From NCBI GenBank assembly GCA_031441465.1, contig JANOEP010000027.1:13572-77571 (forward strand): a DNA stretch of 64,000 nucleotides, written 5' to 3'. The number at the start of each line of letters is the position of its first letter. Positions within the stretch are counted from its first letter, which is position 1. Of this stretch, positions 39,609-49,589 are shown piece by piece. Below the pieces are notes generated by a model. The model saw nothing but the letters and a program-made list of their open reading frames with translations. It was not told where the DNA came from and searched no databases. Made by a program: the position numbers and the translations under genes. Source of the stretch: a bacterium (GTDB taxonomy: Bacteria > Krumholzibacteriota > Krumholzibacteriia > LZORAL124-64-63).

Positions 39609-41840
39609 TCAACGACGGGGCGGAACGCGGATCTCCACCGCCGACCGGATCCGCTCGGCTCCCGGCCCTTCCAGATCCCAGTCCACGACCTCCCGCCCAT
39701 CGGCGCCGCGGGTCACCGTGACTCGCAGCACCGCATCCCCCACGGCCACCAACCCGGACAGGCGCGGCCAGGCCTCCGGCAGCGACGGCGCGATCGTCAC
39801 GCGCGGCGGGTCGGCCGCGAGGTCGGCCTTCACGCCCAGGTAGTCCTCCCCCACGTTGCGCAGCAATTCGCTCAGCGACCAGGCCTGGCTGGTGGCGCCG
39901 CCGAACTCGTCGTTGCTGGCGGCGCGGTCGCCGTCGCGGATCTCCTGCAGGGTGCCGACGGCGCCTTCGTCCAGGATCTCGTCCAGCAGCATGCGCGTCT
40001 GCCCGAAGCCGTCGCGCGGCGCCGGCAGCGCCGACACGTACGGCCCGGAGAGCCAGAGCCAGACGTCGCCGTTGTGGTAGGCCTCGTCGTAGTAGTAGCG
40101 GTCGAGCCAAAGGTGGCGCGGGTGGTAGTTCGGGTCGGCCGCGTCGAGGGAGCGCACGCCCCAGGGCGTGACCGTGTGTTCGCGGTTCTCCGCGACGATC
40201 AGGCGGCGCTGGTCCTCGTTGAACAGGTGCGGGGAGACCAGCAGGGCGAGCAGCCCGTTGGGGCGGTGCTGCGTGTCCGGTGAACCGTCGGGGTCGAGAT
40301 GGTCGGCGATCCTCCCCCCGGCCACGAATCGCTGCTGGAAGGCGTTCTCCAGCCGCAGGGCGGCGGTCGTGTACCGGCGGGCCAGTGCGTCGCCCTGCAG
40401 ACCGGCGGCTTCGCCGCCGCAGCGGACGGCCAGACGCGCCGCCGTCTGCAGGCCGCGGTGGAAGAGCGCCTGGGCCTCGACGGCTCGGTTCCCGCGCGGC
40501 GAGTAGGGATGCTGCTCGCCGCCGCCGTCCATCCAGGTCTCGCCCTCACCGTGCGTCAGGAAACCTTCGCCGTCGACGGCGTGAGCCAGCGCCCCCTCGC
40601 AGGCGCGCAGCACCACGGGCGTCATCTCGCGGACGAAGGCGTCATCCCCCGAGCGCCGCCAGTACTCGTCCAGGGCGCGCACGAACCACCAGGTGCCGTC
40701 GATGCTGGCGTACTGCACCTGGTCCACGGTGACGAAGTTGGGCACGCGGCCGAAGCGCGGGCTCGCGGGGTTGCGGTCCTGGTAGGCGGCGAAGGAGCGC
40801 AGGATCTCCCGCGCCGTGGCGAAGTCGAGGCCCGCGGCCAGCGCCCCGGGCAGCACGATGAAGGTGTCGCGGCCCCAGTAGGTGGTGAACCAGTAGAAGC
40901 CGGCGTAGACGCCGACGCCGCGCTGCTCCATCACCAGGTTGTCCAGCGAGACGCGGGCCCAGCCCAGGGCGCGGTCGTCGCGGGCAACGCCCGTGGACAG
41001 GCGCGCCGGATCGGCGAGGTCGGACAGCCGGGCGGCCCGCGCGGCCGCCAGTGCGGGCGCGTCGGCCAGCAGCCGCCGGGCGCGCTCCGCCGCCGCCGAC
41101 GACGTCGCGTCGGCAGCGATCACCACTTCCACGCGGCCCGACGGCACCTGCGACGGGATGCGCCCGCGAATCTCGCCGGCCTCCCAGGGCGTGGCCGACT
41201 CCATGGCCTTGCGTGCTGCGTCGACGGGGTAACGCCGCGGCAGGTAGCGCCCGGTCGGCGCGAAGTCGGCTGCGCCGGCGACCGCGACGGCCAGCCAGGG
41301 CGGGTTGCGTTCCCCGGCGGCGGCCGCGGTGCGGTCGGCGCGCCCGACGCACAGCACGCCGCCCTCCCAGACGGTCAGGTAGTCGGGCCGCACGACCTTC
41401 CACAGGAAGCGCATGTCGACCCTCGGCACGAAGGCGAAGCCGCCGACCGGCACACCCGCGTAGACGACCTGGAAGCCGTCGCTGCGGTCCAGCAGGGTGA
41501 CGGTCTCCACGACGACACCCTCGGCGAGCCGGTGGAAGCGCAGCAGCCGGTCCGGCAGCACGGCGGCCGAGTCGGCGGTCGCGGCCGCCAGCTCGCGCCC
41601 GTCCTCCAGGCGCAGCGACCAGCCGTCGAGCAGCTCGTGCATGGCTATGGTGAAGCCGTGGTAGCTTCGGGTGTCCTCCCCGACGGCGCAACCCGCGAGG
41701 TGAGCCGCGCCTTTGTCGGTGAAGATGAACTCGCGAGGGTGGTCGGGGGTGACCGGGACCGCCAGGTCCTCGAGCACTCCGGCGACGACCTGGGCGGGCA
41801 ACGTCAGCAGCAGCAGGAACATCAAGCTATACGGTCGCAT
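39609..41840 (-). CDS. Amylo-alpha-1,6-glucosidase (glycogen-debranching, GH133-like) with an N-terminal signal peptide
   Basis: YAGFYWFTTYWGRDTFI, GRVPN, SIDGTWWF, TWMDG, PRGNRAVE, RPN, YHNGDVWLWL, QAWS; hydrophobic N-terminal leader. Confidence 0.85.
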   Translation of the reverse strand: MRPYSLMFLLLLTLPAQVVAGVLEDLAVPVTPDHPREFIFTDKGAAHLAGCAVGEDTRSYHGFTIAMHELLDGWSLRLEDGRELAAATADSAAVLPDRLLRFHRLAEGVVVETVTLLDRSDGFQVVYAGVPVGGFAFVPRVDMRFLWKVVRPDYLTVWEGGVLCVGRADRTAAAAGERNPPWLAVAVAGAADFAPTGRYLPRRYPVDAARKAMESATPWEAGEIRGRIPSQVPSGRVEVVIAADATSSAAAERARRLLADAPALAAARAARLSDLADPARLSTGVARDDRALGWARVSLDNLVMEQRGVGVYAGFYWFTTYWGRDTFIVLPGALAAGLDFATAREILRSFAAYQDRNPASPRFGRVPNFVTVDQVQYASIDGTWWFVRALDEYWRRSGDDAFVREMTPVVLRACEGALAHAVDGEGFLTHGEGETWMDGGGEQHPYSPRGNRAVEAQALFHRGLQTAARLAVRCGGEAAGLQGDALARRYTTAALRLENAFQQRFVAGGRIADHLDPDGSPDTQHRPNGLLALLVSPHLFNEDQRRLIVAENREHTVTPWGVRSLDAADPNYHPRHLWLDRYYYDEAYHNGDVWLWLSGPYVSALPAPRDGFGQTRMLLDEILDEGAVGTLQEIRDGDRAASNDEFGGATSQAWSLSELLRNVGEDYLGVKADLAADPPRVTIAPSLPEAWPRLSGLVAVGDAVLRVTVTRGADGREVVDWDLEGPGAERIRSAVEIRVPPRR

Positions 41841-41972
41841 CGGATCTCCTTCCCGCAGGGAGCGCCAGGATACCCCCCGCCGCGGCGAGTGCCAACTGCG
41901 GGGAGCGTGCCCTGCCGTCTCGGGCTTTCGAGACTACCATGGTCTGGCATCCGCAACGACAGGAGTCGACCC

Positions 41973-43244
41973 ATGATCCGGATCACCTCGGCGCGCCGCT
42001 GCGCGCTCTTGCTGCCCGCACTGCTCAGCCTCGCCGCCACGGCCCGGGGAGCGGCGCGCGAGGACTTCGACTTCGTCCTGGCCGGCGACATGCGCCGCTA
42101 CATCGTCGTCGACGGCATCCACGGCTGGGATCAGGCCTGCGCGGCGATCGCCGCGGCCGGCCCGGGCGCCTTCCTGGTCTCTCCGGGCGATTTGGATCAG
42201 CAGGGGACCACCAACCCCGCGAGCATCGTCTCAGCCACGGTCGAATCCGAGATCGGACCCGGGTATCCCTTCTTCCCGGGCGTCGGCAACCACGATGCGG
42301 AGCACGCCCCGACCATGCAGTGGCTCCGCGGCTTCGACCTGGGCGGACCGGGCCTCGCGGTCAACCCGGGACCGCCCGGCAGCGAGGAAACCACCTTTTC
42401 GTGGGACTACGCGCACGCCCATTTCGTGATGCTCAACGAGTGCTTCGACGGCGTCGACGACACGGGCGCCATCTACGGCAACTGGAACCCGGCGTTGGAT
42501 GCCTGGCTCGAGGCCGACCTCGCGGCCACGACACAACCGCTGATCTTCGTGTTCGGCCACTTCCCGGCCTGGCCCCGTCCCGATCGCGACAGCGGCCTCT
42601 GGAATCACGCCAACGACACGGCGTTCAACGCCTACGGCGGCGGGGTCTACCGCGACGCGCTCTGGGACATCCTGACCCGGCACCAGGTGACGGCCTACGG
42701 GTGCGGGCACACCCACACCACGAGCGTCGTGAATTTCCAGGGCGTCTGGCAACTGGACCAGGGCCATGCCCGCGGGCCGGTCAACACGAGCTTCAACGGC
42801 CTGAGCACGTTCCTGATCGTCCACGTCCGGGCCAGCGGCGCCGTGGTCGTGGACACCTGGCGGCAGCCCCACACCGAAGGCGCCGGCAACGAGGCGCCCT
42901 ACGCCCTGGCCCACGTCGACACGCTGCGCCAGGCCGATCCCGCCACCGCCGCACCGCCCGCGCCGACGTCCCTGGCCGACCTGCGCGTCTCGCCGAACCC
43001 CTTCAACCCGTCGCTGCTGGTCGAGTGCGAGGTGGCGGAATCCCGGGACCTGAAGGTCGGGATCTTCGACCTGCGCGGCCGGCTGGTGGCCGACCTTTGG
43101 CGGGGCGCCGTGCCCGCCGGCACGCACGTCCTGCGCTGGGACGGGGACGGCCCGGACGGGCGCGCCGCGCCCTCGGGCTCGTACCTCGTCCGCATGGAAG
43201 ACGGCGGTGTCGCGACGAGCCGTCGCGTCACGCTGGCCCGCTGA
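41973..43244 (+). CDS. Secreted calcineurin-like metallophosphoesterase with a FlgD-Ig/T9SS-like CTD
   Basis: Signal peptide; GDMR, PGDLD, GNHD, FGHFP, GHTH; C-terminal PNPFNP...IFDLRGRLV...WDG...SGSYLVR. Confidence 0.85.
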   Translation: MIRITSARRCALLLPALLSLAATARGAAREDFDFVLAGDMRRYIVVDGIHGWDQACAAIAAAGPGAFLVSPGDLDQQGTTNPASIVSATVESEIGPGYPFFPGVGNHDAEHAPTMQWLRGFDLGGPGLAVNPGPPGSEETTFSWDYAHAHFVMLNECFDGVDDTGAIYGNWNPALDAWLEADLAATTQPLIFVFGHFPAWPRPDRDSGLWNHANDTAFNAYGGGVYRDALWDILTRHQVTAYGCGHTHTTSVVNFQGVWQLDQGHARGPVNTSFNGLSTFLIVHVRASGAVVVDTWRQPHTEGAGNEAPYALAHVDTLRQADPATAAPPAPTSLADLRVSPNPFNPSLLVECEVAESRDLKVGIFDLRGRLVADLWRGAVPAGTHVLRWDGDGPDGRAAPSGSYLVRMEDGGVATSRRVTLAR

Positions 43245-43270
43245 ATCCGTCCGGGCTTCCGGATATGGAC

Positions 43271-43300
43271 GAGGGCCCCGGTCCGCGGACCGGGGCCCTC
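43271..43300. terminator. GC hairpin between convergent genes (probable bidirectional terminator)
   Basis: GAGGGCCCCGGTCC-GC-GGACCGGGGCCCTC. Confidence 0.6.
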
Positions 43301-43323
43301 TCTCGTTGACACGGCCCGTGAAG

Positions 43324-45699
43324 CTACTTCACGAGCATCATCTTGCGCACGCCCACCTCGCCGTTGATCTCGAGGCGGTAGAAGTAGACGCCGGCCGGCG
43401 ACAGCTGTCCGGTGGCGTCGCGGCCGTCCCACGTCATCGCGTGGGCGCCGGTCTCCAGACGTCCTTCGTGCAGGGAGCGCACGAGCCCGCCCTTCAGGTC
43501 GTAGACCCGCAGCGAGGCCGGGCCGGCCCGGTTGACCGTGAAGCTGATCTCGGTCTGCGGGTTGAAGGGGTTCGGACGGTTCTGCTCGAGCGCCATCCGC
43601 GACGGCGTCAGGTCGGGAGCCGCCGTGGTCTCGCAGTGGTGCAGCACGTCGAGCTGCAGGACCTGGGGACTGGCGGTGCTGTAGTTGTCGGCGTCGACGG
43701 TGAACGAGCGGTTGGCCTGGCCCGTGCACTCGTAGACGTCGTTCACCATGTACTTGTAATCGGTGAAGATCTGGCTCGAGTCGGCGAACACGACCGACTT
43801 CGAGTAGATCCCGTCGCCGGCCGTCGCGTCCGGCGTGATGCCGTTGTCGAGCATGACGTTGAGCGAAGGCACGTCCCAGCTGAAGCTCGGGGGCGCGACG
43901 TTGCTCGCGGTGCCGTTGACCGACACCACGTCGCCCGGGACGACCGGCGTCTGGCCGACGTTCGTGTCCACGCGGAAGACGACCCTGACCGGCCGCCAGG
44001 TGGTGGTGCAGCGGTCGAAGTGGACCACGGGCATGGCCAGCGGGCCCAGCGCGCCGCCGACGGTGTCGTAGAGTTCGTCGTTCAGGAAGACGCCGCGGTC
44101 GCCCTGCGCGAAGCACTCGTACGCGTCGTTGAGCAGGAACTTGTAGGTCACGTTCTTGCGCGAGCCGGCCGGGAAGGTGACGCGCTTCGAGTAGATGCCG
44201 TCACCGGCCGCGGCGTCCGGGGCGACGCCGTCGTCGGCCAGCAGGTTGATCGAGGGGACGGTGTAGTCCAGCGGCGCGTCGGAGCCGTTGACCGCCACCA
44301 CGTCGCCGGGCGCGAAGCCGTAGACGTTCAGGTCCACGTACAGCAGCACGTCGATGGCGTGGGCGGTGAACTGGGTCGGGTCGGCGTTGTTCCACCACAC
44401 GTCCAGGACGTCCTGGGCGCCGGTGGCGAGGTCCATCACGTGGTTGCGGTTGCCGGCGATCGGCTCGTAGGTCGCGCAGTTGTAGACCCACTTCCACTCC
44501 AGGTTGGCCGTGGCGGTGCCGGCGCCGCAGTTGCCGGGCAGGCAGAAGTCGGAGGCGACTTCGTAGACGCCGCCGCCCTGGTCCACGCCGGTCATGCCGT
44601 CGCACAGCGACCAGGTCAGCGGCAGAGTGCCGCCCTCGACGGTGAAGTCGCCGTAGGGCTGCGTCTGGCCGGTCAGGAACTGGCTCATGCGGCCGCGGAA
44701 CACGACGTTCTTGATGGCGAAGCAGGTCGTGCTGCCCGCGACGATGGGGTTGCCCGCGAGGTCCTTCACGTTGTTCACGGTGACCGTGTACATCGTGGGG
44801 CTGGCCCCGATGTCGGCGTTCAGGGTCAGGTGGACGACGTTCAGGTTGAGGGCGTTGCGCGCGGCGGCGCTGACCGTCGCCCCGGTGACCAGGTAGTTGC
44901 CGGGCACCTGCGCGGTGGCGGCGCCGACCGGCTCGCTGAAGGTGACGTCGACGACGCTCGTGGTCAGGTGCTGCGCGCCGGACAGGGTCGGCGCGTCGTT
45001 GTCGGCGGCGTTCATGACGGTGAACGCCAGGTAATCGAACATCGGGATGTCGATCGGCGTGTCCCAGGTCGTCGAGCCCGGGGTCGACAGCTGGCTGGCG
45101 TCGTTGGCGGCGGCGTCCAGGGGGCCCTTGGTCGGGCTGTCCTGGGTGACCCAGGCCTCGACGTTGACGGCCGCTCCCGGCGCGACGCCCAGCGAGCCCA
45201 GCAGCACCCCCAGCTCGCAGAAGCCGTTGCCGGCGATCCAGCCAAGCGCGCCGTTGCCGGGCGCGGAGAGGTTGGCCCAGGCGGTGCCGTTCCAGTACAG
45301 GCCGCCCTGCCAGTTGTTGTCGAGGTTCACGTAGAACATGAAGTCGGGCTTGTTGGCGGCCAGGCTCCACTCCAGCTGCCGGCCCCACGGGTCGAGGGTG
45401 CCGCCGGCGGCGGTGCCCACGTCGATGGCGATGCCCAGCTGGACCGTGCCGAAGTTGCCGTTGTCCTGCTCGAAGCCGACGTAGAGCTTCACGGCGTCGT
45501 TGGTCACGTAGAAATCGCCGATGTCGATCTGCGCGAACTGGGTGTCGCCGCCGTCGGCGTCCAGCAGGTTGGCCGGGTTGAAGTCGTTGACGCCATCGAT
45601 GACGATGGTCTGCGGCACCTGGGCCGCGAGCGCCGCCGGCAAGGCCAGGGCGATCACAACCAGCAGCGCGGCGCGGGCCGGGGTTCGAGTCGTGCGCAT
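43324..45699 (-). CDS. Secreted multidomain carbohydrate-binding protein (DOMON/CBM9-like, Ig-like, 3 CBM20-like modules with DDG..D..AGDGIYS motifs, FlgD-Ig CTD)
   Basis: RBS GAGGAGG; signal peptide; repeated modules V.F.VD...V.VNG...W...DDG..PDA.AGDGIYS...YK[FY]..N..YE; C-terminal NRPNPFNP...WDGRD...AGVYFYRL. Confidence 0.75.
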   Translation of the reverse strand: MRTTRTPARAALLVVIALALPAALAAQVPQTIVIDGVNDFNPANLLDADGGDTQFAQIDIGDFYVTNDAVKLYVGFEQDNGNFGTVQLGIAIDVGTAAGGTLDPWGRQLEWSLAANKPDFMFYVNLDNNWQGGLYWNGTAWANLSAPGNGALGWIAGNGFCELGVLLGSLGVAPGAAVNVEAWVTQDSPTKGPLDAAANDASQLSTPGSTTWDTPIDIPMFDYLAFTVMNAADNDAPTLSGAQHLTTSVVDVTFSEPVGAATAQVPGNYLVTGATVSAAARNALNLNVVHLTLNADIGASPTMYTVTVNNVKDLAGNPIVAGSTTCFAIKNVVFRGRMSQFLTGQTQPYGDFTVEGGTLPLTWSLCDGMTGVDQGGGVYEVASDFCLPGNCGAGTATANLEWKWVYNCATYEPIAGNRNHVMDLATGAQDVLDVWWNNADPTQFTAHAIDVLLYVDLNVYGFAPGDVVAVNGSDAPLDYTVPSINLLADDGVAPDAAAGDGIYSKRVTFPAGSRKNVTYKFLLNDAYECFAQGDRGVFLNDELYDTVGGALGPLAMPVVHFDRCTTTWRPVRVVFRVDTNVGQTPVVPGDVVSVNGTASNVAPPSFSWDVPSLNVMLDNGITPDATAGDGIYSKSVVFADSSQIFTDYKYMVNDVYECTGQANRSFTVDADNYSTASPQVLQLDVLHHCETTAAPDLTPSRMALEQNRPNPFNPQTEISFTVNRAGPASLRVYDLKGGLVRSLHEGRLETGAHAMTWDGRDATGQLSPAGVYFYRLEINGEVGVRKMMLVK

Positions 45700-45710
45700 G
45701 GACATCCTCC

Positions 45711-48700
45711 TCATTTCACCAGGGTGAGCGTCCGGGTCGCGACCCGGCCGCCGTGAACGAGCTTGCAGACGTAGGTGCCGGCGGCCAACACGCGGCCGTC
45801 GAGGCCGACGCCGCGCCACGCCACCGCGTGGGAACCGGGGGCCAGCGGACCGTCGACCAGCACGGCCACGCGTTCCCCCTTCAGGTTGAAGACAGCCAGG
45901 TTGACGGGCGCCGCCTCGTCGCCGGGCAACTCGAAACGGATCTCGGTCCGGGGATTGAAGGGGTTGGGATAGGGCGGCGACAACGCCAGAACCGCCGGCG
46001 CCGGCGGGGTCGCGGTCGCCGACCAGGCGTCGGGCCGCCCGTCCCCGTCGTCGTCGACGGTGAAGGTCCAGACGGTGTCGATCGTCGGCAGGGCGGCCGC
46101 CGCGTTGCTGGGCGCCGAGTCGCCCCCGAGCACACCGCCGGGCTCGGGGTCCCAGCAGAGCGACGCCACCACCGAGAGCGTGGCGCCGGCGGGCACCCGC
46201 CCGGCGCCCAGCCCGAACAGGGTGTCCCAGGGAATGGCGAGCTCGCTGCCGCCGAGGTCGCCGTTCAAGTGCTGGGAATCGAAAGCCGAGACGATCTCGC
46301 CGGTGAGGTCGGCGGTCGTCGTCGGCGAGAGGATCCTCCAGAAGGAGTCGGAGTCCCAGACGGACTGGTGCTGGTAGCAGCCGTACTGGTAGTCGGCGCG
46401 GAAGCCGGGGGCCGTGAAGATCGCGCCGCGCTCCCAGACGTCGATCGCCGCGAGGTTGATCTGGCCCGCCGGCCCTCCGGGATCGGTGTCCAGGTACAGG
46501 AGCCAGGAGTTGCCGCTGACCCGGCCGTCGACGGCCAGGTAGAGGTAGGCGTCGTCCCAGCTGGCGTGCAGGCCGTCGATCTCGTTGCTGGAGGACCACG
46601 ACGAGTCGTTCGGGTCCGACAACTCCAGGTACCCGTCCCACTCGCCCGCCTCGAGGCGCCCGTCGACGGCCACCAGCGTCGGGGCGCGCACCGCGACCGT
46701 GACGTCGTCGGCCGCGGTCACCGGCGCGTTGCCGGCGCCGCCGGGGTCGCGCACCGAGTCCGCCGTCAGCAGCAGCCGCAGGTCGGCGGGGTCCAGGGCC
46801 GACAGCGCCGCGCCGTCGGCGGCGTCCAGCTGCAGGGTGAGCGCGTCGCCCGCGAGGGTCTCGACCACGGTGGTCGCGGCGCCCAACGTGAGTTCGGCCG
46901 TGCCGTCGGCGTCCGCGTCGATGCCGAATCCCGTCGGGTCCAGCGTGGCCGGGGCGGCCGCCTGGTCGAACGAGACCGCCAGCCGGCGCGACGTCGGGTA
47001 GTAGTCCGCCGCCACGGGCAGTGGGCCCAGGTCGTCGGTCAGGGTCGTCGCCAGCGCGCGCAACTCAGCGATCTCGCCGCCGGCGCCGGGCGCGCTCGTC
47101 ACGCCGGCGAACAGCCGCACCGCGAAGGCTCCCGCACCCTTGATCTCGTCGCCCTTCATGAGCGTGCCCGCGAACTCGCCCTGATGGGACGCGCCGGCCG
47201 TGCCCAGCACCCAGGCCGCCGTCACGCCGGTCCAGGGGTTGCGCTGGCCCATGTAGGCGGCGTCGGCGACCCAGACCCGGTCCATCTGCGCGTTCCAGAT
47301 CAGATCGACCAGGGACGGCGAAAAGCCGCTGCGGATCCAGTGGGTGCCCGCACCCACGCGGTAGACGGCCTCCAGGAAGCTGTCGCCCTCGGTCAGGCTG
47401 ATCTCCTTGGACGTCTCCCCGCGCACCGCCCGCAGCGTCACCGTCGGGCCCGCGCCCTGGACGACCTGCAGGTCGTAGGTCTCGTGCTGGTGGTCCGGGC
47501 TCACGTCGCTGAAGGCGCCGACGTGGTTGGCGTCGTTGTAGTCGGCCTCGCCGTTCCACGAGGCGTTGTCGCAGCCGATGGCCGTGTCGCCGAGACCCGG
47601 CCCCTTGACGAAGAGGTTGACCAGGCGGCCGCCGGCGGCTTCGAAGACCGCGAACAGGTGGTCGTTGTGCAGGACGACCTCGTCGTGGCCGTCGTTGTCG
47701 AGGTCGACCGCGTAGGCGGCCGTCGTCTGGAGGTACAGGCCCGCGGCCCAGCGCGAGGCCTCGGCGTAGATCATCGCCTGCTTCACGTGCGCGGAGTAGT
47801 TGTGCTCCCAGCCGGGGATCGGCCCCACGAGGCCCTCGTGCCAGGCCGTCTCGTAGAGGTTGGTCATCAGCACGTACCAGCCGGCCTGCGAGATGTGGTT
47901 GTCCGGAGCGGCCATCAGCGCGTTGTAGGCGTCGTTCCACAGGGCGCCGTAGTTCTTGCAGTTGCCGCCCGCGCCGGCGCAGGCGCCGCCGCCGTCGCCG
48001 CCGTTGGCCCAGGGCACCCAGCCGGCCCAGTGGCCGTACCAACCGTTGTCGCCGCCGCCGTAGCCGCCGGTGCCGCCGATCTCGTTGTAGGTGCCGGGCA
48101 CGGGCGAGAAGGTGTCGCCGTTGAAGTTCGGGTTGCTCAGGGCGTCGGCCAGCTTCCAGGTGGCGAGCCAGGCGCTCTCCTGGCTGCACTTGTTGACGAA
48201 CCAGTCGTAGGTCTCCTTGGCGTTCGGGGTGGCCGAGGCCCAGCCGCCCATCTCGGCGATCGCCTCCCAGTCCTCGCCCGCGGTCGCGAGGCGGTACTCG
48301 CCGACACCCGACGCTGCCAGACCCGCCAGGATGTCCAGGGAACCCTGGCCGTTGCCGCCAACGATGTTGCCGGTGAAGCTGCGGTCGCGCGGAATCAGGC
48401 GCAGGCCGTTGGCCGCCAGGAAGTGGATCCGGTGGTTGTCGTGGCCCTGCAGGTGGACGTCGTCGTCCAGGATGACGCCCCAGACGCCGTGCGGCTGGAA
48501 ATCGTCGCCGAGCCAGTCGTTGACGCCGCTGGACGGGTAGCCCGAGGTGTTGAGCCAGACGCGCTCGGGGATCCAGGCGACGCGCGGCTCGTAGCCGTAG
48601 CGCGTGGCGACCATGTCGGTCTCGATCGAGACCGCCCAGTCGTTCATCTCGTCGCGGACGAAGGGCATGATGTGCTGCGCGTAGGCGGAGGTGAGCATGC

Positions 48701-49484
48701 CGGCCCAGCCCGCGGCTGCGCCGTCGGCGAGCCAGGCGTTGAAGTCCTGCGGGTCGCCGCTGTTGTGGGCCCACTCGGCGGCGGTCTGCAGCGGGCCCGA
48801 GAGGTGGAAGTTGCCGGGCACGCCGGTCGCCTGGTGCACCTGGAGCGCCTCGTCGAAACCGCTGCCCTCGAGGTCGGCGCTGCGGCCGTGGAAGACGTCG
48901 CTGTAGCCGAGGCCCTGGTTGCCGTGCAGCACCAGGGCGCAGTTGGCGGCGTAGAGCTTGTCGGGAGGATCGTGGACGACGACCTCCTCGCCCGCCAGGG
49001 TGCTGACCGTCATCGTCAAGGGGCCCGCCGCGAGGTCCGCCGGCAGGTCCAGCCAGACCGCGTCGGGATCGCCCGCCCGCCTGCCGGCCCCCGCCGCGAC
49101 GTAGGCACCGCCGGAGATTTCGAGCCGATCCTCGAACAGGACCCTCGCCGCGGCGCCGGCGGTGGCGACGGTCACCTTCAACGGCACGGCGGCGGGGCCC
49201 GCTGTCAGTTCGCTGCCGGGGAACAGACCCGCCGGGCGCGCTTCGAGGCTGAGGAAGCTGATGCGCAGCCGGTCGACGCCGTCGCCGCGGTGCCGCGTCA
49301 CCGCCAGCACGTCGGCGCAGGGAGGCAGGCCGGGCAAGTGCCCCACGCCGTCGACACCCAGGACGGTCACCGTTCCCACCGGAGCGGGAGCCCCGGCGGC
49401 CCGGGCGGAGCCGGTCGCCAGGACGCTCGCGGTCCCGATCACCAGGATTCCGACCGTCAACCGGCCTCGGAACAAGCGGCGCAT
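45711..49484 (-). CDS. Secreted divergent GH57-family enzyme with accessory domains and a FlgD-Ig/T9SS-like CTD
   Basis: Signal peptide; LHGNQ, NFHLSGPL, WIPERVW, ILDD, EDWE, YETAWH; DLDNDGHDEVVLHND start of a DUF1926-like domain; C-terminal YPNPFNP. Confidence 0.75.
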   Translation of the reverse strand: MRRLFRGRLTVGILVIGTASVLATGSARAAGAPAPVGTVTVLGVDGVGHLPGLPPCADVLAVTRHRGDGVDRLRISFLSLEARPAGLFPGSELTAGPAAVPLKVTVATAGAAARVLFEDRLEISGGAYVAAGAGRRAGDPDAVWLDLPADLAAGPLTMTVSTLAGEEVVVHDPPDKLYAANCALVLHGNQGLGYSDVFHGRSADLEGSGFDEALQVHQATGVPGNFHLSGPLQTAAEWAHNSGDPQDFNAWLADGAAAGWAGMLTSAYAQHIMPFVRDEMNDWAVSIETDMVATRYGYEPRVAWIPERVWLNTSGYPSSGVNDWLGDDFQPHGVWGVILDDDVHLQGHDNHRIHFLAANGLRLIPRDRSFTGNIVGGNGQGSLDILAGLAASGVGEYRLATAGEDWEAIAEMGGWASATPNAKETYDWFVNKCSQESAWLATWKLADALSNPNFNGDTFSPVPGTYNEIGGTGGYGGGDNGWYGHWAGWVPWANGGDGGGACAGAGGNCKNYGALWNDAYNALMAAPDNHISQAGWYVLMTNLYETAWHEGLVGPIPGWEHNYSAHVKQAMIYAEASRWAAGLYLQTTAAYAVDLDNDGHDEVVLHNDHLFAVFEAAGGRLVNLFVKGPGLGDTAIGCDNASWNGEADYNDANHVGAFSDVSPDHQHETYDLQVVQGAGPTVTLRAVRGETSKEISLTEGDSFLEAVYRVGAGTHWIRSGFSPSLVDLIWNAQMDRVWVADAAYMGQRNPWTGVTAAWVLGTAGASHQGEFAGTLMKGDEIKGAGAFAVRLFAGVTSAPGAGGEIAELRALATTLTDDLGPLPVAADYYPTSRRLAVSFDQAAAPATLDPTGFGIDADADGTAELTLGAATTVVETLAGDALTLQLDAADGAALSALDPADLRLLLTADSVRDPGGAGNAPVTAADDVTVAVRAPTLVAVDGRLEAGEWDGYLELSDPNDSSWSSSNEIDGLHASWDDAYLYLAVDGRVSGNSWLLYLDTDPGGPAGQINLAAIDVWERGAIFTAPGFRADYQYGCYQHQSVWDSDSFWRILSPTTTADLTGEIVSAFDSQHLNGDLGGSELAIPWDTLFGLGAGRVPAGATLSVVASLCWDPEPGGVLGGDSAPSNAAAALPTIDTVWTFTVDDDGDGRPDAWSATATPPAPAVLALSPPYPNPFNPRTEIRFELPGDEAAPVNLAVFNLKGERVAVLVDGPLAPGSHAVAWRGVGLDGRVLAAGTYVCKLVHGGRVATRTLTLVK

Positions 49485-49589
49485 GGCATCCCCCCGGGCG
49501 TCGGCTGCACCGGCGCCCGCCACGATCCACGTCAAAAAGGGCGCGTCGGGTCGTTTCGGGGCCGCCCGGCACGCAGGATTCCATAGGAG

